Positions 29,154 to 38,661 of a stretch of 64,000 nucleotides of DNA are shown piece by piece. The stretch spans positions 32,001 through 96,000 of IMG/VR virus record IMGVR_UViG_3300032280_000800. The stretch is one strand, 5' to 3'. The stretch's first letter is position 1. Each line of letters begins with the position of its first letter. The notes under the pieces were generated by a model. It had not been told where the DNA came from. It ran no database searches and was given only the letters and a program-made list of their open reading frames with translations. Source of the stretch: a virus (taxonomy: Duplodnaviria > Caudoviricetes). Both the position numbers and the translations under genes were made by a program.

Positions 29154-31045
29154 TGTATATTCCTTTGCATGTTCACACACACTATAGTTTATTAGACGGC
29201 CTATCTAAACCAGAACAAATAGCAAAGAGATGTCAAGCTATTGGTGTGACCAGCTGTGCCGTGACTGATCATGGCACAATATCTGGTAATGTTAATTTTT
29301 ATAAGACTATGAAGAAAAATGGTATTAAGCCAATTATGGGCTGTGAATTATATATTTGTAATAATGATGCTACCATTAAAGATAAAACAAATAATGATCT
29401 ATCTCATATGGTTGTGTTGTGCAAAAATTATAAGGGATGGCAAGACCTAATCAATTTGGTTTCTCTATCTAATAATGCTGAGCATTTCTATTATAAACCT
29501 AGACTAGATCTTGATCTTATAAAAAGAACGCTTAATGGTAATCAGAACCTTATTTGTATTACCGGACACCCAGGATCCACCTTGTGTGATACTATCTATA
29601 GTTTTGATAATTCAAGCCTATTAGATAATTGGGAAAATAAAGGCTTGGAACATATTCAAAAACTATATGATATTTTTGGCAAAAATAATGTATTTATAGA
29701 AATACAGCTAATGGATTCACAAAATACTCATCAGCAAACTATAGGAACAACATTAAGAAAATTATCGGTGTCACATAATCTTCCAAGAGTTGCAACAATT
29801 GACGCTCACTATTGCGAAGCATCTGATGCTGTTGATCAAAGAGTATTACTGTGTAGTTCTTTGAAAGTCACCTTGCCAGAAATATCTAATAAAATCATTA
29901 ATAACGAAAAGGTTCCACTATCTAGCTTTTTTATATCTGATAAGTATTATATACTATCTCCAGATGAAATGCAGGAAATACACGATAAAGAAGAGTTAGA
30001 TAATACCATTCTAATAAATAGTATGTGTGAGGAGTATGAAATACTTTCTTCTCCACAATTACCAAACTTTCATTGTCCAGACCAGCAAAAGCCTATCGAT
30101 TACCTAAGACATTTATGTAGACAGGGCTGGTTAAGTAAAATACAAAATAAAATTCCAAAAGAAGAACAGGCCGTTTATGTAGATAGGGTAAAAAAAGAAC
30201 TAGATATTCTTGAGGCCACTAATCTAGCAAGTTATTTTTTAATCATACGAGATATCGTTAGTTATGTAAAAAATAAGAATTGTTTACCTGGGCCAGGAAG
30301 AGGATCTGCTGCTGGATGTTTAGTCTCTTATCTTATTGGGATTACAGGAATAGATCCGATTAGGTATGATTTAATCTTTGAAAGATTCTATAATACAGGT
30401 AGGAATACAAGCACGAACATCTCCATGCCAGATATAGACGTTGACGTACCTATTGAACATCGAGAAGAAATTATCAACTATATTAAAAATAAGTATGGTT
30501 ATGATAAGGTGTCTCAAATGATTACTTTTAATACTCTGAAGGGTAGAGGTGCTCTCAAGGAAGTATTGAGAATATATGGTAATATATCATTTGAAGAAAT
30601 GAATAGAATCACAAAACATATTCCTGATGAAGCTAAAATAGCAGATGAACTACAAGAAATGAAAGAAGAAGATGGAGAAGCTTCTATCATAAAGTGGGCT
30701 CTAGAGAATAACGGAGCAAAGCTTAAGGAATGGTGTTATATAGGTGACGACGGAGCCTTATACGGGCCTCTTGCCAAGCGTTTTGAACAGGCTATTAGAT
30801 TGGAGGGGTCAAAGTACAATCAATCTAAACACGCAGCAGGTATAGCCATATCCAACAAGTCACTAAACACAATTTGTCCAATGATCTGGGACTCAAAAAC
30901 AGAGCAAAGCATAGCCGGATTTGAAATGGCTGATTTAGAATCTATTGGGGTTATCAAGTTTGATATTCTTGGTATAGCATTGTTAGATAAAATTATGTGT
31001 GTTAGGGATATACTAAAAACCAAAAAGGTGAAATGTGCTATTTGA
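29153..31045 (+). CDS. dnaE: DNA polymerase III alpha, N-terminal part (PHP + palm/thumb)
   Basis: LHVHTHYSLLDG, TDHG, DAHY, GPGRGSAAG, FERF, PDIDVD, KHAAG, KFDILG; ends shortly after the palm. Confidence 0.93.
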   Translation: MYIPLHVHTHYSLLDGLSKPEQIAKRCQAIGVTSCAVTDHGTISGNVNFYKTMKKNGIKPIMGCELYICNNDATIKDKTNNDLSHMVVLCKNYKGWQDLINLVSLSNNAEHFYYKPRLDLDLIKRTLNGNQNLICITGHPGSTLCDTIYSFDNSSLLDNWENKGLEHIQKLYDIFGKNNVFIEIQLMDSQNTHQQTIGTTLRKLSVSHNLPRVATIDAHYCEASDAVDQRVLLCSSLKVTLPEISNKIINNEKVPLSSFFISDKYYILSPDEMQEIHDKEELDNTILINSMCEEYEILSSPQLPNFHCPDQQKPIDYLRHLCRQGWLSKIQNKIPKEEQAVYVDRVKKELDILEATNLASYFLIIRDIVSYVKNKNCLPGPGRGSAAGCLVSYLIGITGIDPIRYDLIFERFYNTGRNTSTNISMPDIDVDVPIEHREEIINYIKNKYGYDKVSQMITFNTLKGRGALKEVLRIYGNISFEEMNRITKHIPDEAKIADELQEMKEEDGEASIIKWALENNGAKLKEWCYIGDDGALYGPLAKRFEQAIRLEGSKYNQSKHAAGIAISNKSLNTICPMIWDSKTEQSIAGFEMADLESIGVIKFDILGIALLDKIMCVRDILKTKKVKCAI

Positions 31046-31217
31046 AGAAATTTTAGCTGGTCAAAGATTCAGACATAATGAATACGAGTATTTAAAAATA
31101 CCAGAAATTAAACAGACTTGTTGTAAGATTCAAGCTAATGCCATAAGATTAAAAGATAATAAAGAAACACTGTTCGAATACAAATCCCAAGTGGAGATCA
31201 TTATAGATGATAAATAA
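31035..31217 (+). CDS. Small hypothetical protein within the polymerase locus
   Basis: 60-aa GTG-start ORF overlapping both neighbours; AAGGTG RBS-like sequence upstream. Confidence 0.55.
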   Translation: MLFEEILAGQRFRHNEYEYLKIPEIKQTCCKIQANAIRLKDNKETLFEYKSQVEIIIDDK

Positions 31218-31905
31218 TAAAATATGCGTTTTTGATTTTGAGACCGATGGAAAAAATCCAGAAGAGTGTAGTCCGGTCCAGCTTTCTGCTCTAATTATTG
31301 ATCCGATTAAATTAGAGATTATACCAAAATCTGAATTTAATACGTTTCTAAAGCCAGATAAATTAATAGATACAACAATAAGTAATCCTTATACTGATTC
31401 TGACATTCTGGAGTGGCATGGCAAAATTAGAAACATATCCTCTGATCAAGTATTAGAAGAATGGAAAACTTATCCAGAGCAGAAATATGCTTGGGCACAA
31501 TTTGTAACATATTTAGATAAGTATCACCTAAAGTCTAATGGTGGCAAAAAGTCTCAATTCACAGCACCAATAGCTGCTGGATATAATATATTACGATTTG
31601 ATATGCCCATCGTGAATAGGCTGAGTAATAAATATAGTAATACAAATAAAGAGAAAGAGACATGTTTATTTCATCCACGAGATAAGATTGATATTATGCA
31701 TGTATTCGGTATGTGGATGAGCTATGTGTCAGAAGTTAAGGGACTATCTCTGGATAGTATGAGAGACTATCTGGGTATAGATAAAACAAATGCTCACAAT
31801 GCCTTAAAGGATGTTGAGGATTGTGCTCAAATTTTAATTAGATTTTTAAAGCTACATAAAAAATTAAGCCAAAAGATTAAATTCAAGGACTCGTTTAAAG
31901 TATGA
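31207..31905 (+). CDS. dnaQ: DEDDh 3'-5' exonuclease (DnaQ/epsilon-like)
   Basis: ExoI FDFETDG, ExoII AGYNILRFD, ExoIII AHNALKDV. Confidence 0.85.
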   Translation: MINNKICVFDFETDGKNPEECSPVQLSALIIDPIKLEIIPKSEFNTFLKPDKLIDTTISNPYTDSDILEWHGKIRNISSDQVLEEWKTYPEQKYAWAQFVTYLDKYHLKSNGGKKSQFTAPIAAGYNILRFDMPIVNRLSNKYSNTNKEKETCLFHPRDKIDIMHVFGMWMSYVSEVKGLSLDSMRDYLGIDKTNAHNALKDVEDCAQILIRFLKLHKKLSQKIKFKDSFKV

Positions 31906-33509
31906 AGACAGTTACATTTGATGATTGTAAGTGTAAATTTCATTTAAATAATGAAGATACTATTGACTTAGATATTGACATAGAAAATATGGATCTTCAT
32001 TGTCCTAAAACATGGAGAATGATATCCGATGGTAATACCAAGGGATGTTTTCAGTTAGAGTCTAGACTAGGACAAAGCATGGCTAAAAAACTAAAGCCAG
32101 AAAATATAGAACAATTATCTGCGCTTATTAGTATTATGAGACCAGGATGTCTAGAAGCATATCGTGATGGTAAATCTGTAAGTAATCACTATATTGATAA
32201 AAAAAATAAGAATGAAGCCGTAGACTTCTTTCATCCAGCACTAGAGCCTATACTGAGTACCACATACGGAGAAATGGTATATCAAGAACAGGCTATGCAA
32301 ATTTGTCAAAAAATAGCTAATTTCGACCTTACAGAAGCTGATCAGTTAAGAAAAGCTATCGGTAAGAAAAAGCCAGAAGAAATGGTGAAGATTAAAAAAT
32401 TATTTCTACATAAATCTGAGGCTAGTAACATTATCTCCAAAGCAGAATCCGAGGAGCTATTCGGATGGATTGAAAAGAGTCAAAGATACTCCTTTAATAA
32501 GAGTCACGCTGTAAGCTATGCATACAACGCATACTTATCTGCATACACAAAAGCTCACTTTCCAGTAGAGTTTTTTGCCTCTTATTTAAAATTTGCTAAG
32601 GATAAAATAGATCCACTAAAAGAGATACAAGAATTAATTAGTAATGCAAATGAGATGGGTGTTACTGTTAGACTACCGTCTATTCTTAATCCATCAAAAG
32701 AATTCTTTATTAATACAGAAGATGATAGTATTTGGTTTGGATTAACTAATATAAAGGGTCTTGGAGACTCTGTTTATGATAAGTTAAATCAATTATTACA
32801 GCAGTACTCTATTGGGACGATGAACTTTACCCACATATACTGTTATATATTAAGACATATAAATTCAACAGCTTGTAAGGGATTAATATCGGCTGGTGCT
32901 ATTACTAATGCTACTATTTCTAGAACTAAGATGCTATTTTATTATGAAATATTGAACAATCTAACAAATAGAGAGGTCGATGTTTTAGCTAAGGTTTGTG
33001 AAAATCATCCGATAGATCGCGCTTTACAAATATTAGTAAACTCTAATATAATCAAAATTACAGTTAAAAGAAAACAAACTATTGGATCTTTAATTAATAC
33101 AATCAATCATCCTCCATATAATCTTGAGGATAGTCCTGAGTGGTTGGCAAATAATGAAAAGTTTTATTTAGGAGCATCTATTACATGCCACAAGATTGAT
33201 GGCTGTGATATATATTCGGCCAATGTAGAATGTAAAGATTTAGCACAAGGAACCAATACAAAAGTACCAATTCTTGGTGCAGAAATAAGTGAGATTAATG
33301 TTATTCGTACTAAAAGAGGAGTAAATCCTGGTCAAGAAATGGCTTTTATAAAAGTCACAGACTCAACAGGGTCTTCTGATTTAGTGGTTTTCCCAGAAGA
33401 GTACTCCCAGTATAAAGACCTATTAATGGACGGAAATACATTACTAATTAAATTAGACAGGTCCAAAGATAAGGAGACTTTCATTATTAAAAAATGTTGG
33501 CAAGTCTGA
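31902..33509 (+). CDS. dnaE: DNA polymerase III alpha, C-terminal part (fingers + HhH + OB)
   Basis: GCFQLES, RPG, TYG.MVYQEQ.MQ, AD.LRKAIGKKK, YSFNKSHA..Y, FGL.NIKGLG, EMAFIKVTDSTG. Confidence 0.92.
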   Translation: MKTVTFDDCKCKFHLNNEDTIDLDIDIENMDLHCPKTWRMISDGNTKGCFQLESRLGQSMAKKLKPENIEQLSALISIMRPGCLEAYRDGKSVSNHYIDKKNKNEAVDFFHPALEPILSTTYGEMVYQEQAMQICQKIANFDLTEADQLRKAIGKKKPEEMVKIKKLFLHKSEASNIISKAESEELFGWIEKSQRYSFNKSHAVSYAYNAYLSAYTKAHFPVEFFASYLKFAKDKIDPLKEIQELISNANEMGVTVRLPSILNPSKEFFINTEDDSIWFGLTNIKGLGDSVYDKLNQLLQQYSIGTMNFTHIYCYILRHINSTACKGLISAGAITNATISRTKMLFYYEILNNLTNREVDVLAKVCENHPIDRALQILVNSNIIKITVKRKQTIGSLINTINHPPYNLEDSPEWLANNEKFYLGASITCHKIDGCDIYSANVECKDLAQGTNTKVPILGAEISEINVIRTKRGVNPGQEMAFIKVTDSTGSSDLVVFPEEYSQYKDLLMDGNTLLIKLDRSKDKETFIIKKCWQV

Positions 33510-33510
33510 C

Positions 33511-33538
33511 TTGACATGTTCGTGCGTTCTGATACAAT
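33511..33538 (+). promoter_or_regulatory. Sigma70-type promoter with extended -10 for ssb
   Basis: TTGACA (33511-16), 16 bp, TACAAT (33533-38) preceded by TGn. Confidence 0.7.
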
Positions 33539-33580
33539 AAACCGTGGTTCGATCATACACTTTTGATTTTAGGAGCATTT

Positions 33581-33994
33581 ATGAATTTAGTAATTTTGAG
33601 AGGTAATTTAGCCAGAGATCCGGAGATCAGGTACGTTAATCCATCTGGCAAAGAGACTGCCGTAGTTAATTTTACTGTGGCTGTTTCCAGAGAATTTACC
33701 AAAAACAACGGCGAAAATGATAAGGTCACAACTTTTGTGAATTGTGAGGCATGGGACACTGGTGCTGAAGCAATATCTTCTTCTTTTAGAAAGGGCGATT
33801 TGGTAATGATCGAAGGATCTCTAAGGAATGATACCTGGGAAAAGGATGGCGTCAAACGGTCAACGATGAAGGTACGAGTTAATAATTTTGCTCGTATACA
33901 GAAGGTGGTAAAGGGAGGACAAACTAAAACTTCTACCGCCAATGCAGACGCTGATGTGGATACGCAGGAGAATGAGGAAGTTGTAGCGTTTTGA
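33581..33994 (+). CDS. ssb: Single-stranded DNA-binding protein
   Basis: MNLVILRGNLARDPEIRY, FTVAV, W, KGDLVMIEGSL, acidic tail ending EEVVAF; AGGAG RBS supports ATG 33581. Confidence 0.95.
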   Translation: MNLVILRGNLARDPEIRYVNPSGKETAVVNFTVAVSREFTKNNGENDKVTTFVNCEAWDTGAEAISSSFRKGDLVMIEGSLRNDTWEKDGVKRSTMKVRVNNFARIQKVVKGGQTKTSTANADADVDTQENEEVVAF

Positions 33995-34011
33995 GGATGG
34001 TGTGTGAACAG

Positions 34012-34044
34012 TAGCCCCTTCGCAAGGAGGGGCTATATGTTTTT
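34012..34044 (+). terminator. Intrinsic terminator after ssb
   Basis: Stem TAGCCCCTTC/GGAGGGGCTA with GCAA tetraloop, followed by TATGTTTTT. Confidence 0.8.
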
Positions 34045-34056
34045 ATATATAAATAC

Positions 34057-35670
34057 ATGACCAATAATAAAAAACGAATACTATTCTGTACAGAGTCTAC
34101 ACATATTAGATCTGGCTATGGTAACTACACTAGATCTATTCTTGATAGACTATTTGCAACTCAAAAATATGAGATAGCTGAATTATCTTGTTACCGAACC
34201 GTTAATCAGGATAAGGACTGTCCTTGGAAGGTTTATCCAAATGCAGTAGAAAAGGAAGACCAAAGATTTCAGCAGTATAGTTCTAATGCTAATAATGGTT
34301 TTGGTCAATGGAGATTTGATATTGTTGCTGGACATTTCAAACCAGATATAGTTATTGATTTTCGTGACATATTTATGACTGTTTTTGAAAGAACATCTGT
34401 ATTTAGAAATAAATTTCATTGGGTGTTAGCGCCAACTATTGATTCTTTTCCAATAAAACATGAATGGTTAGAGTTATTAAAAAATTGTGATACGTTATTA
34501 ACACATACTAACTGGGCAAAAGAAGTCATAGAGAAATCGCATGGAATAAGTGTGTCTGGTGTTGTTAAAGACTCTATAGATACCAATAACTTTAAACCTA
34601 AAAATAAGATTCAGTGTAGAAATGAACTTGATTTGGATTTGGACGCTTTTATTGTGGGTTCTGTGATGAGAAACCAAAAAAGAAAGCTGATACCAGACCT
34701 ATTTAAGATCATAAGTAATCTAAAATATAAATTTAATCAGAATATCTTTTTGTATATGCACACAAGCTATCCCGAAACTATGGGTTGGGATATTCCCGAT
34801 TTATTATTAGAGCATAAAATATATGATAATGTAATATTCACATATGTTTGTAAAAAATGTAAATACTGGAAGCCAATGAAATGGAAGGGTTCTCAGAGTA
34901 TATGTCCAAAATGTTCTCAGAGACAGATGACATTAGCTAGTGTTACAAATGGAATATCGGATAACGACTTATGTAAAATATACAATACTTTAGATATTTA
35001 TGTGCAATATTCTATCTGTGAAGGATTCGGTATACCTCCACTAGAAGCTGCTTCATGCGGTATTCCTTTTATAACAGTGGATCACGGAGCAATGGCAGAA
35101 CTTGCTGATGATTTATATGGACTCAAGGTTCCATTGGCTGGATTATTTAGGGATCAAGAAATTGGTTCTGACAGAGCCTATCCCTCCAATGAAGATTGTG
35201 TAGAGTTAATTCTAAAAATTAAAGAAATGTCTTTATCAGATAAAGCATCTCTCTCTAGTAAGCAGTTAGAAAAAGTATCAAAAGAATACTCCTGGGATAT
35301 TACTGCTAAGGAGTTTGAAAAAATTATTGATGCTATAAATATATCAGACACAAATAGGTGGTCTCATATACCAAATACGTACTTCACAGATGTGCCCAAA
35401 AACACACAAGAAACTAAAAATAATAGAGAATTTGTATATAGTGTGGTTGATGATATTTTAGAAACCCCAGAACTAAAACATAGTTTTTTCATACAACATC
35501 TTATTATGGCATTAGATAATGGATATGTCATGTCTGATAAAAATATTATCCCATACACACAAAAAGATGCTCTTAAAACACTAGAAATGTGGTTTAATAA
35601 TAAAATTATGCTAAATAGATTTTTAGAAGACAATAGTATTGTAGCACAAAATGATTTTCTTAATTATTAA
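34057..35670 (+). CDS. GT4-family (GT-B) glycosyltransferase with inserted CxxC...CxxC motif
   Basis: SGYG, RNQKRK, SICEGFGIPPLEAASCG, YSWD; insertion CKKC...CPKC. Confidence 0.82.
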   Translation: MTNNKKRILFCTESTHIRSGYGNYTRSILDRLFATQKYEIAELSCYRTVNQDKDCPWKVYPNAVEKEDQRFQQYSSNANNGFGQWRFDIVAGHFKPDIVIDFRDIFMTVFERTSVFRNKFHWVLAPTIDSFPIKHEWLELLKNCDTLLTHTNWAKEVIEKSHGISVSGVVKDSIDTNNFKPKNKIQCRNELDLDLDAFIVGSVMRNQKRKLIPDLFKIISNLKYKFNQNIFLYMHTSYPETMGWDIPDLLLEHKIYDNVIFTYVCKKCKYWKPMKWKGSQSICPKCSQRQMTLASVTNGISDNDLCKIYNTLDIYVQYSICEGFGIPPLEAASCGIPFITVDHGAMAELADDLYGLKVPLAGLFRDQEIGSDRAYPSNEDCVELILKIKEMSLSDKASLSSKQLEKVSKEYSWDITAKEFEKIIDAINISDTNRWSHIPNTYFTDVPKNTQETKNNREFVYSVVDDILETPELKHSFFIQHLIMALDNGYVMSDKNIIPYTQKDALKTLEMWFNNKIMLNRFLEDNSIVAQNDFLNY

Positions 35671-35675
35671 TTAAT

Positions 35676-36785
35676 ATGAAAAATATACTATATATAGGAC
35701 CATATAAAGAAAATACCGGCATGGGAAGGTCTTCCAGAAGGTATATAGATGCACTAGGATATAACTTTGATATTAATCTAAGTATAAGACCCGTATATTT
35801 TACTCCTTACCTAGATACTAACAATGAGTCTGGTAAAGACTATAGTGAGTTTGAAGATAATAGTAGCTCCTACTACGACATGATTATTCAGCATGGGGTG
35901 CCTAATTGTTTTGAATATAGATCCGAATTTGGTGAAAATGTAGTTATTACTGATATTGATACACTTGGTATAGGGCATACTGGATGGATAGATAGAATTA
36001 ATATGATGGATAGAGTAATAGTTCAATCAGAATGGTCTAAAAAATCTTTAATTCAAGCTGGTCTATCAACAAAAGTACAGGTATTGCCAGAACCCTTTGA
36101 TTTAACTAAATTTCATCAATCCTATGACACACTATTTGCTAATCCAAATAATGATTTTGTATTTTATTATATAGGTAAACACCAAGATAAAAATAATATT
36201 AAAGCTTTATTAGCAGCATTTTTTTTAGAATTTAAAAAACATGATGATGTAAAACTAATTATTAAAACAAATATGGATGGTTTTGATCATCAAGAAGTAG
36301 AAAAAATTATAACATACGATATACAACAAGTAGAGCGAACACTAAGAGTTAACAGTAAACATGTTCAAGCTCCGCATGTCGTTATAGGATACTATGAACA
36401 AGAGTACATGATGAGACTACATAATCAGTGTAGCTGTTACGTTAATGTTTGTCGCTGCGAGTCGTTTGGGGCTAGTGCTATAGAATCTATGTTGTTTAAT
36501 AATTTAGCTATAGTAAATTCTGGAATAGGATCTAATACATATATAAATAAATATAATGGATTAGAAATAGACAGTATACTAACAAATGTATATAGTAAAG
36601 ATTTTTATATGGAAAATACATACACTATATATGAACAATGGAGAGAACCATATTTGGACTCAATCAGAGAACAAATGAGAAAAGCTTATGAAACAACAGA
36701 GAGTGAAAAAAAACAAAAGCTTAGTAATTTTGATAAACAACAGTTTTCAGAATCATCTTTTATAGAAAGTCTTTTACATAAATGA
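35676..36785 (+). CDS. GT4-family (GT-B) glycosyltransferase
   Basis: TGMG, FYYIG, LIIKT, CESFGASAIES. Confidence 0.75.
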   Translation: MKNILYIGPYKENTGMGRSSRRYIDALGYNFDINLSIRPVYFTPYLDTNNESGKDYSEFEDNSSSYYDMIIQHGVPNCFEYRSEFGENVVITDIDTLGIGHTGWIDRINMMDRVIVQSEWSKKSLIQAGLSTKVQVLPEPFDLTKFHQSYDTLFANPNNDFVFYYIGKHQDKNNIKALLAAFFLEFKKHDDVKLIIKTNMDGFDHQEVEKIITYDIQQVERTLRVNSKHVQAPHVVIGYYEQEYMMRLHNQCSCYVNVCRCESFGASAIESMLFNNLAIVNSGIGSNTYINKYNGLEIDSILTNVYSKDFYMENTYTIYEQWREPYLDSIREQMRKAYETTESEKKQKLSNFDKQQFSESSFIESLLHK

Positions 36786-37252
36786 ACTCTATTACTGGTA
36801 TATTATCAAGAGAATTTATAAACGAAAATAGTTTATTGAATATACTGTGGACACCATCTGAAAATATGATTTTTGAGCAAACTATCAGGAAACTGAAATA
36901 TAACTTGGTCGGTTTTGATCATTTATATTTTGGTCAAGATGTACCGCACTTGATTATATGTAATAATAAAATTTTATTTTATGAAAAATGTAAGAATATT
37001 TCTATTCAGTTTCATACCCCAGTTTTACTGATTGATCATTCATTAAAACCAAAAGAATTATCAAATGAAGAAATTAATCCATATGCATATGATTTTCCAT
37101 CGGCTTATACAATAGCGGCTAATGAAAAAATTGCACAATCATGGTCTATGCAGTATAATAAAGTATTAGAAAAGAACGATATGACCGATACTAATCTATG
37201 GCGTAATATATTTTTTCAAACTTCAAAAATGGTTTTTAAATACTATGGATAA
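36782..37252 (+). CDS. Hypothetical protein (possible degenerate GT-B N-terminal domain)
   Basis: 156-aa ORF in the operon; no decisive motif. Confidence 0.5.
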   Translation: MNSITGILSREFINENSLLNILWTPSENMIFEQTIRKLKYNLVGFDHLYFGQDVPHLIICNNKILFYEKCKNISIQFHTPVLLIDHSLKPKELSNEEINPYAYDFPSAYTIAANEKIAQSWSMQYNKVLEKNDMTDTNLWRNIFFQTSKMVFKYYG

Positions 37253-37664
37253 TTCTATACTATTTCATATCTCAGATCAAGAACTATCACCAACAAAAAG
37301 TACATATGACAATATTTCAAATATAGATAACTATGAGAATAATTCTATCAAAGAAATAGTTTATCAAGATTTATGCGACTATTGTACAGAAGAAGAGGTT
37401 GGAATTCTATTTAAAAAAGCTTATAATAAGCTAATAAGTTCTGGTGTTTTACATGTACAAGGCTCAGATTTTCGTCAGCTTGGCATTGCTATTACGTTTA
37501 ATATGGTTGACGAAGGCGTATTGAAAAGGGTTCTCTATCCTAATAAAAAATCTATCCATACAATGTCTGAAATACTAGACAAATTAAAGTCTTTAGGATT
37601 TAAAATTAGTAATAAAAAATATATTAATGTATTTGAATATTATATCAAATGTTATAAAGAATAA
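37245..37664 (+). CDS. Hypothetical protein, possible degenerate SAM-methyltransferase C-terminal half
   Basis: NNSIKEI...L...YNKL.SSGVLHV...LKSLGF pattern; no SAM-binding motif I. Confidence 0.4.
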   Translation: MDNSILFHISDQELSPTKSTYDNISNIDNYENNSIKEIVYQDLCDYCTEEEVGILFKKAYNKLISSGVLHVQGSDFRQLGIAITFNMVDEGVLKRVLYPNKKSIHTMSEILDKLKSLGFKISNKKYINVFEYYIKCYKE

Positions 37665-37667
37665 TTT

Positions 37668-38360
37668 ATGTATTACATACTAGTGGCATCTATGCCAGAT
37701 AAATCAATGAAATACACAAATAAAGCATTAATTAAAATATATAAAGACATATTTATTAACCATCAAATTAAAAATTTATTAAAAGTTAATATACGCTCTA
37801 AAATTTTGGTGGTTTGTGCATTTGAAAGCAAGAGAATAATCGGACATGTCATCAAAAATAAAAGAGTAACGTATATTAACCATGAGTACAATGAATACTC
37901 TAATATAGGCGAATCGATTAAAGAAGCCATTAAAACAATACCAGATGATCAGGATATTACCATAATTAATTTATCTATGGTGATAGATCCAAAGATTATG
38001 AAACAAATCAAACCAAAGAACTCCTCTATCATAAAAAGTGACTCTACTAAATTTAAATCTAAAATAGGATGTACTCATGACCCAAACAATAATGTTGAGT
38101 TTATCTTTTATGATTTAGAACATAAAATATGTGAGTATCTATATATTCATAAAAAAGATACTAAAATATTCAAGAATATAGTACAAAACCATATAAAAGA
38201 CAATATGTATTTATTTGAAATTATTAACACTATGATTCATCATAAAATGAAAATTAGTATGGAAACCATTAAGTCTAATATTATAAACTTCACTAATATA
38301 GACCAGCTACCTTATATCAAAACACTATTTAAAAAAATAAATAATGCTACCACTGTATAA
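37668..38360 (+). CDS. Nucleotidyltransferase-like (GT-A/NTP-transferase fold) protein, degenerate
   Basis: YILVAS...MK..NKALIKI, N..Y..SN...SI..AI resemble the LicC/MobA-type fold. Confidence 0.5.
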   Translation: MYYILVASMPDKSMKYTNKALIKIYKDIFINHQIKNLLKVNIRSKILVVCAFESKRIIGHVIKNKRVTYINHEYNEYSNIGESIKEAIKTIPDDQDITIINLSMVIDPKIMKQIKPKNSSIIKSDSTKFKSKIGCTHDPNNNVEFIFYDLEHKICEYLYIHKKDTKIFKNIVQNHIKDNMYLFEIINTMIHHKMKISMETIKSNIINFTNIDQLPYIKTLFKKINNATTV

Positions 38361-38661
38361 GCAATATATCTATAAAGAAGACCTAGCCTTTATTGATTTA
38401 TATAAACAGCTATGCAAAGATCTCAATAAAGACCCAATTCTTTTTGTTGATCAGTACCATGCTGTTCCAGATATGGCAGTATTTCATTCTCTATATGTTA
38501 CTAAAGTTTTAAAATCATCAGACATTATTTTAGTTTCATCAAAAAAAGATTCTGATATTATACTATCATTTAATATACCAAATGTACAAATAATTACTAT
38601 CGATCCAACCCAACGTAAAGAAACTATTGTTTTACAAATAAAAAGGAAATTAAATGAATAA
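38344..38661 (+). CDS. Hypothetical protein
   Basis: 105-aa ORF overlapping both neighbours. Confidence 0.55.
   Translation: MLPLYKQYIYKEDLAFIDLYKQLCKDLNKDPILFVDQYHAVPDMAVFHSLYVTKVLKSSDIILVSSKKDSDIILSFNIPNVQIITIDPTQRKETIVLQIKRKLNE

Noticed and set aside
30980-32040. Split intein or self-splicing intron joining the two dnaE halves
   Set aside because: No intein N-terminal block or C-terminal HN+C/S/T motif at the junctions; the gap is fully occupied by two overlapping ORFs, leaving no room for intron RNA structure
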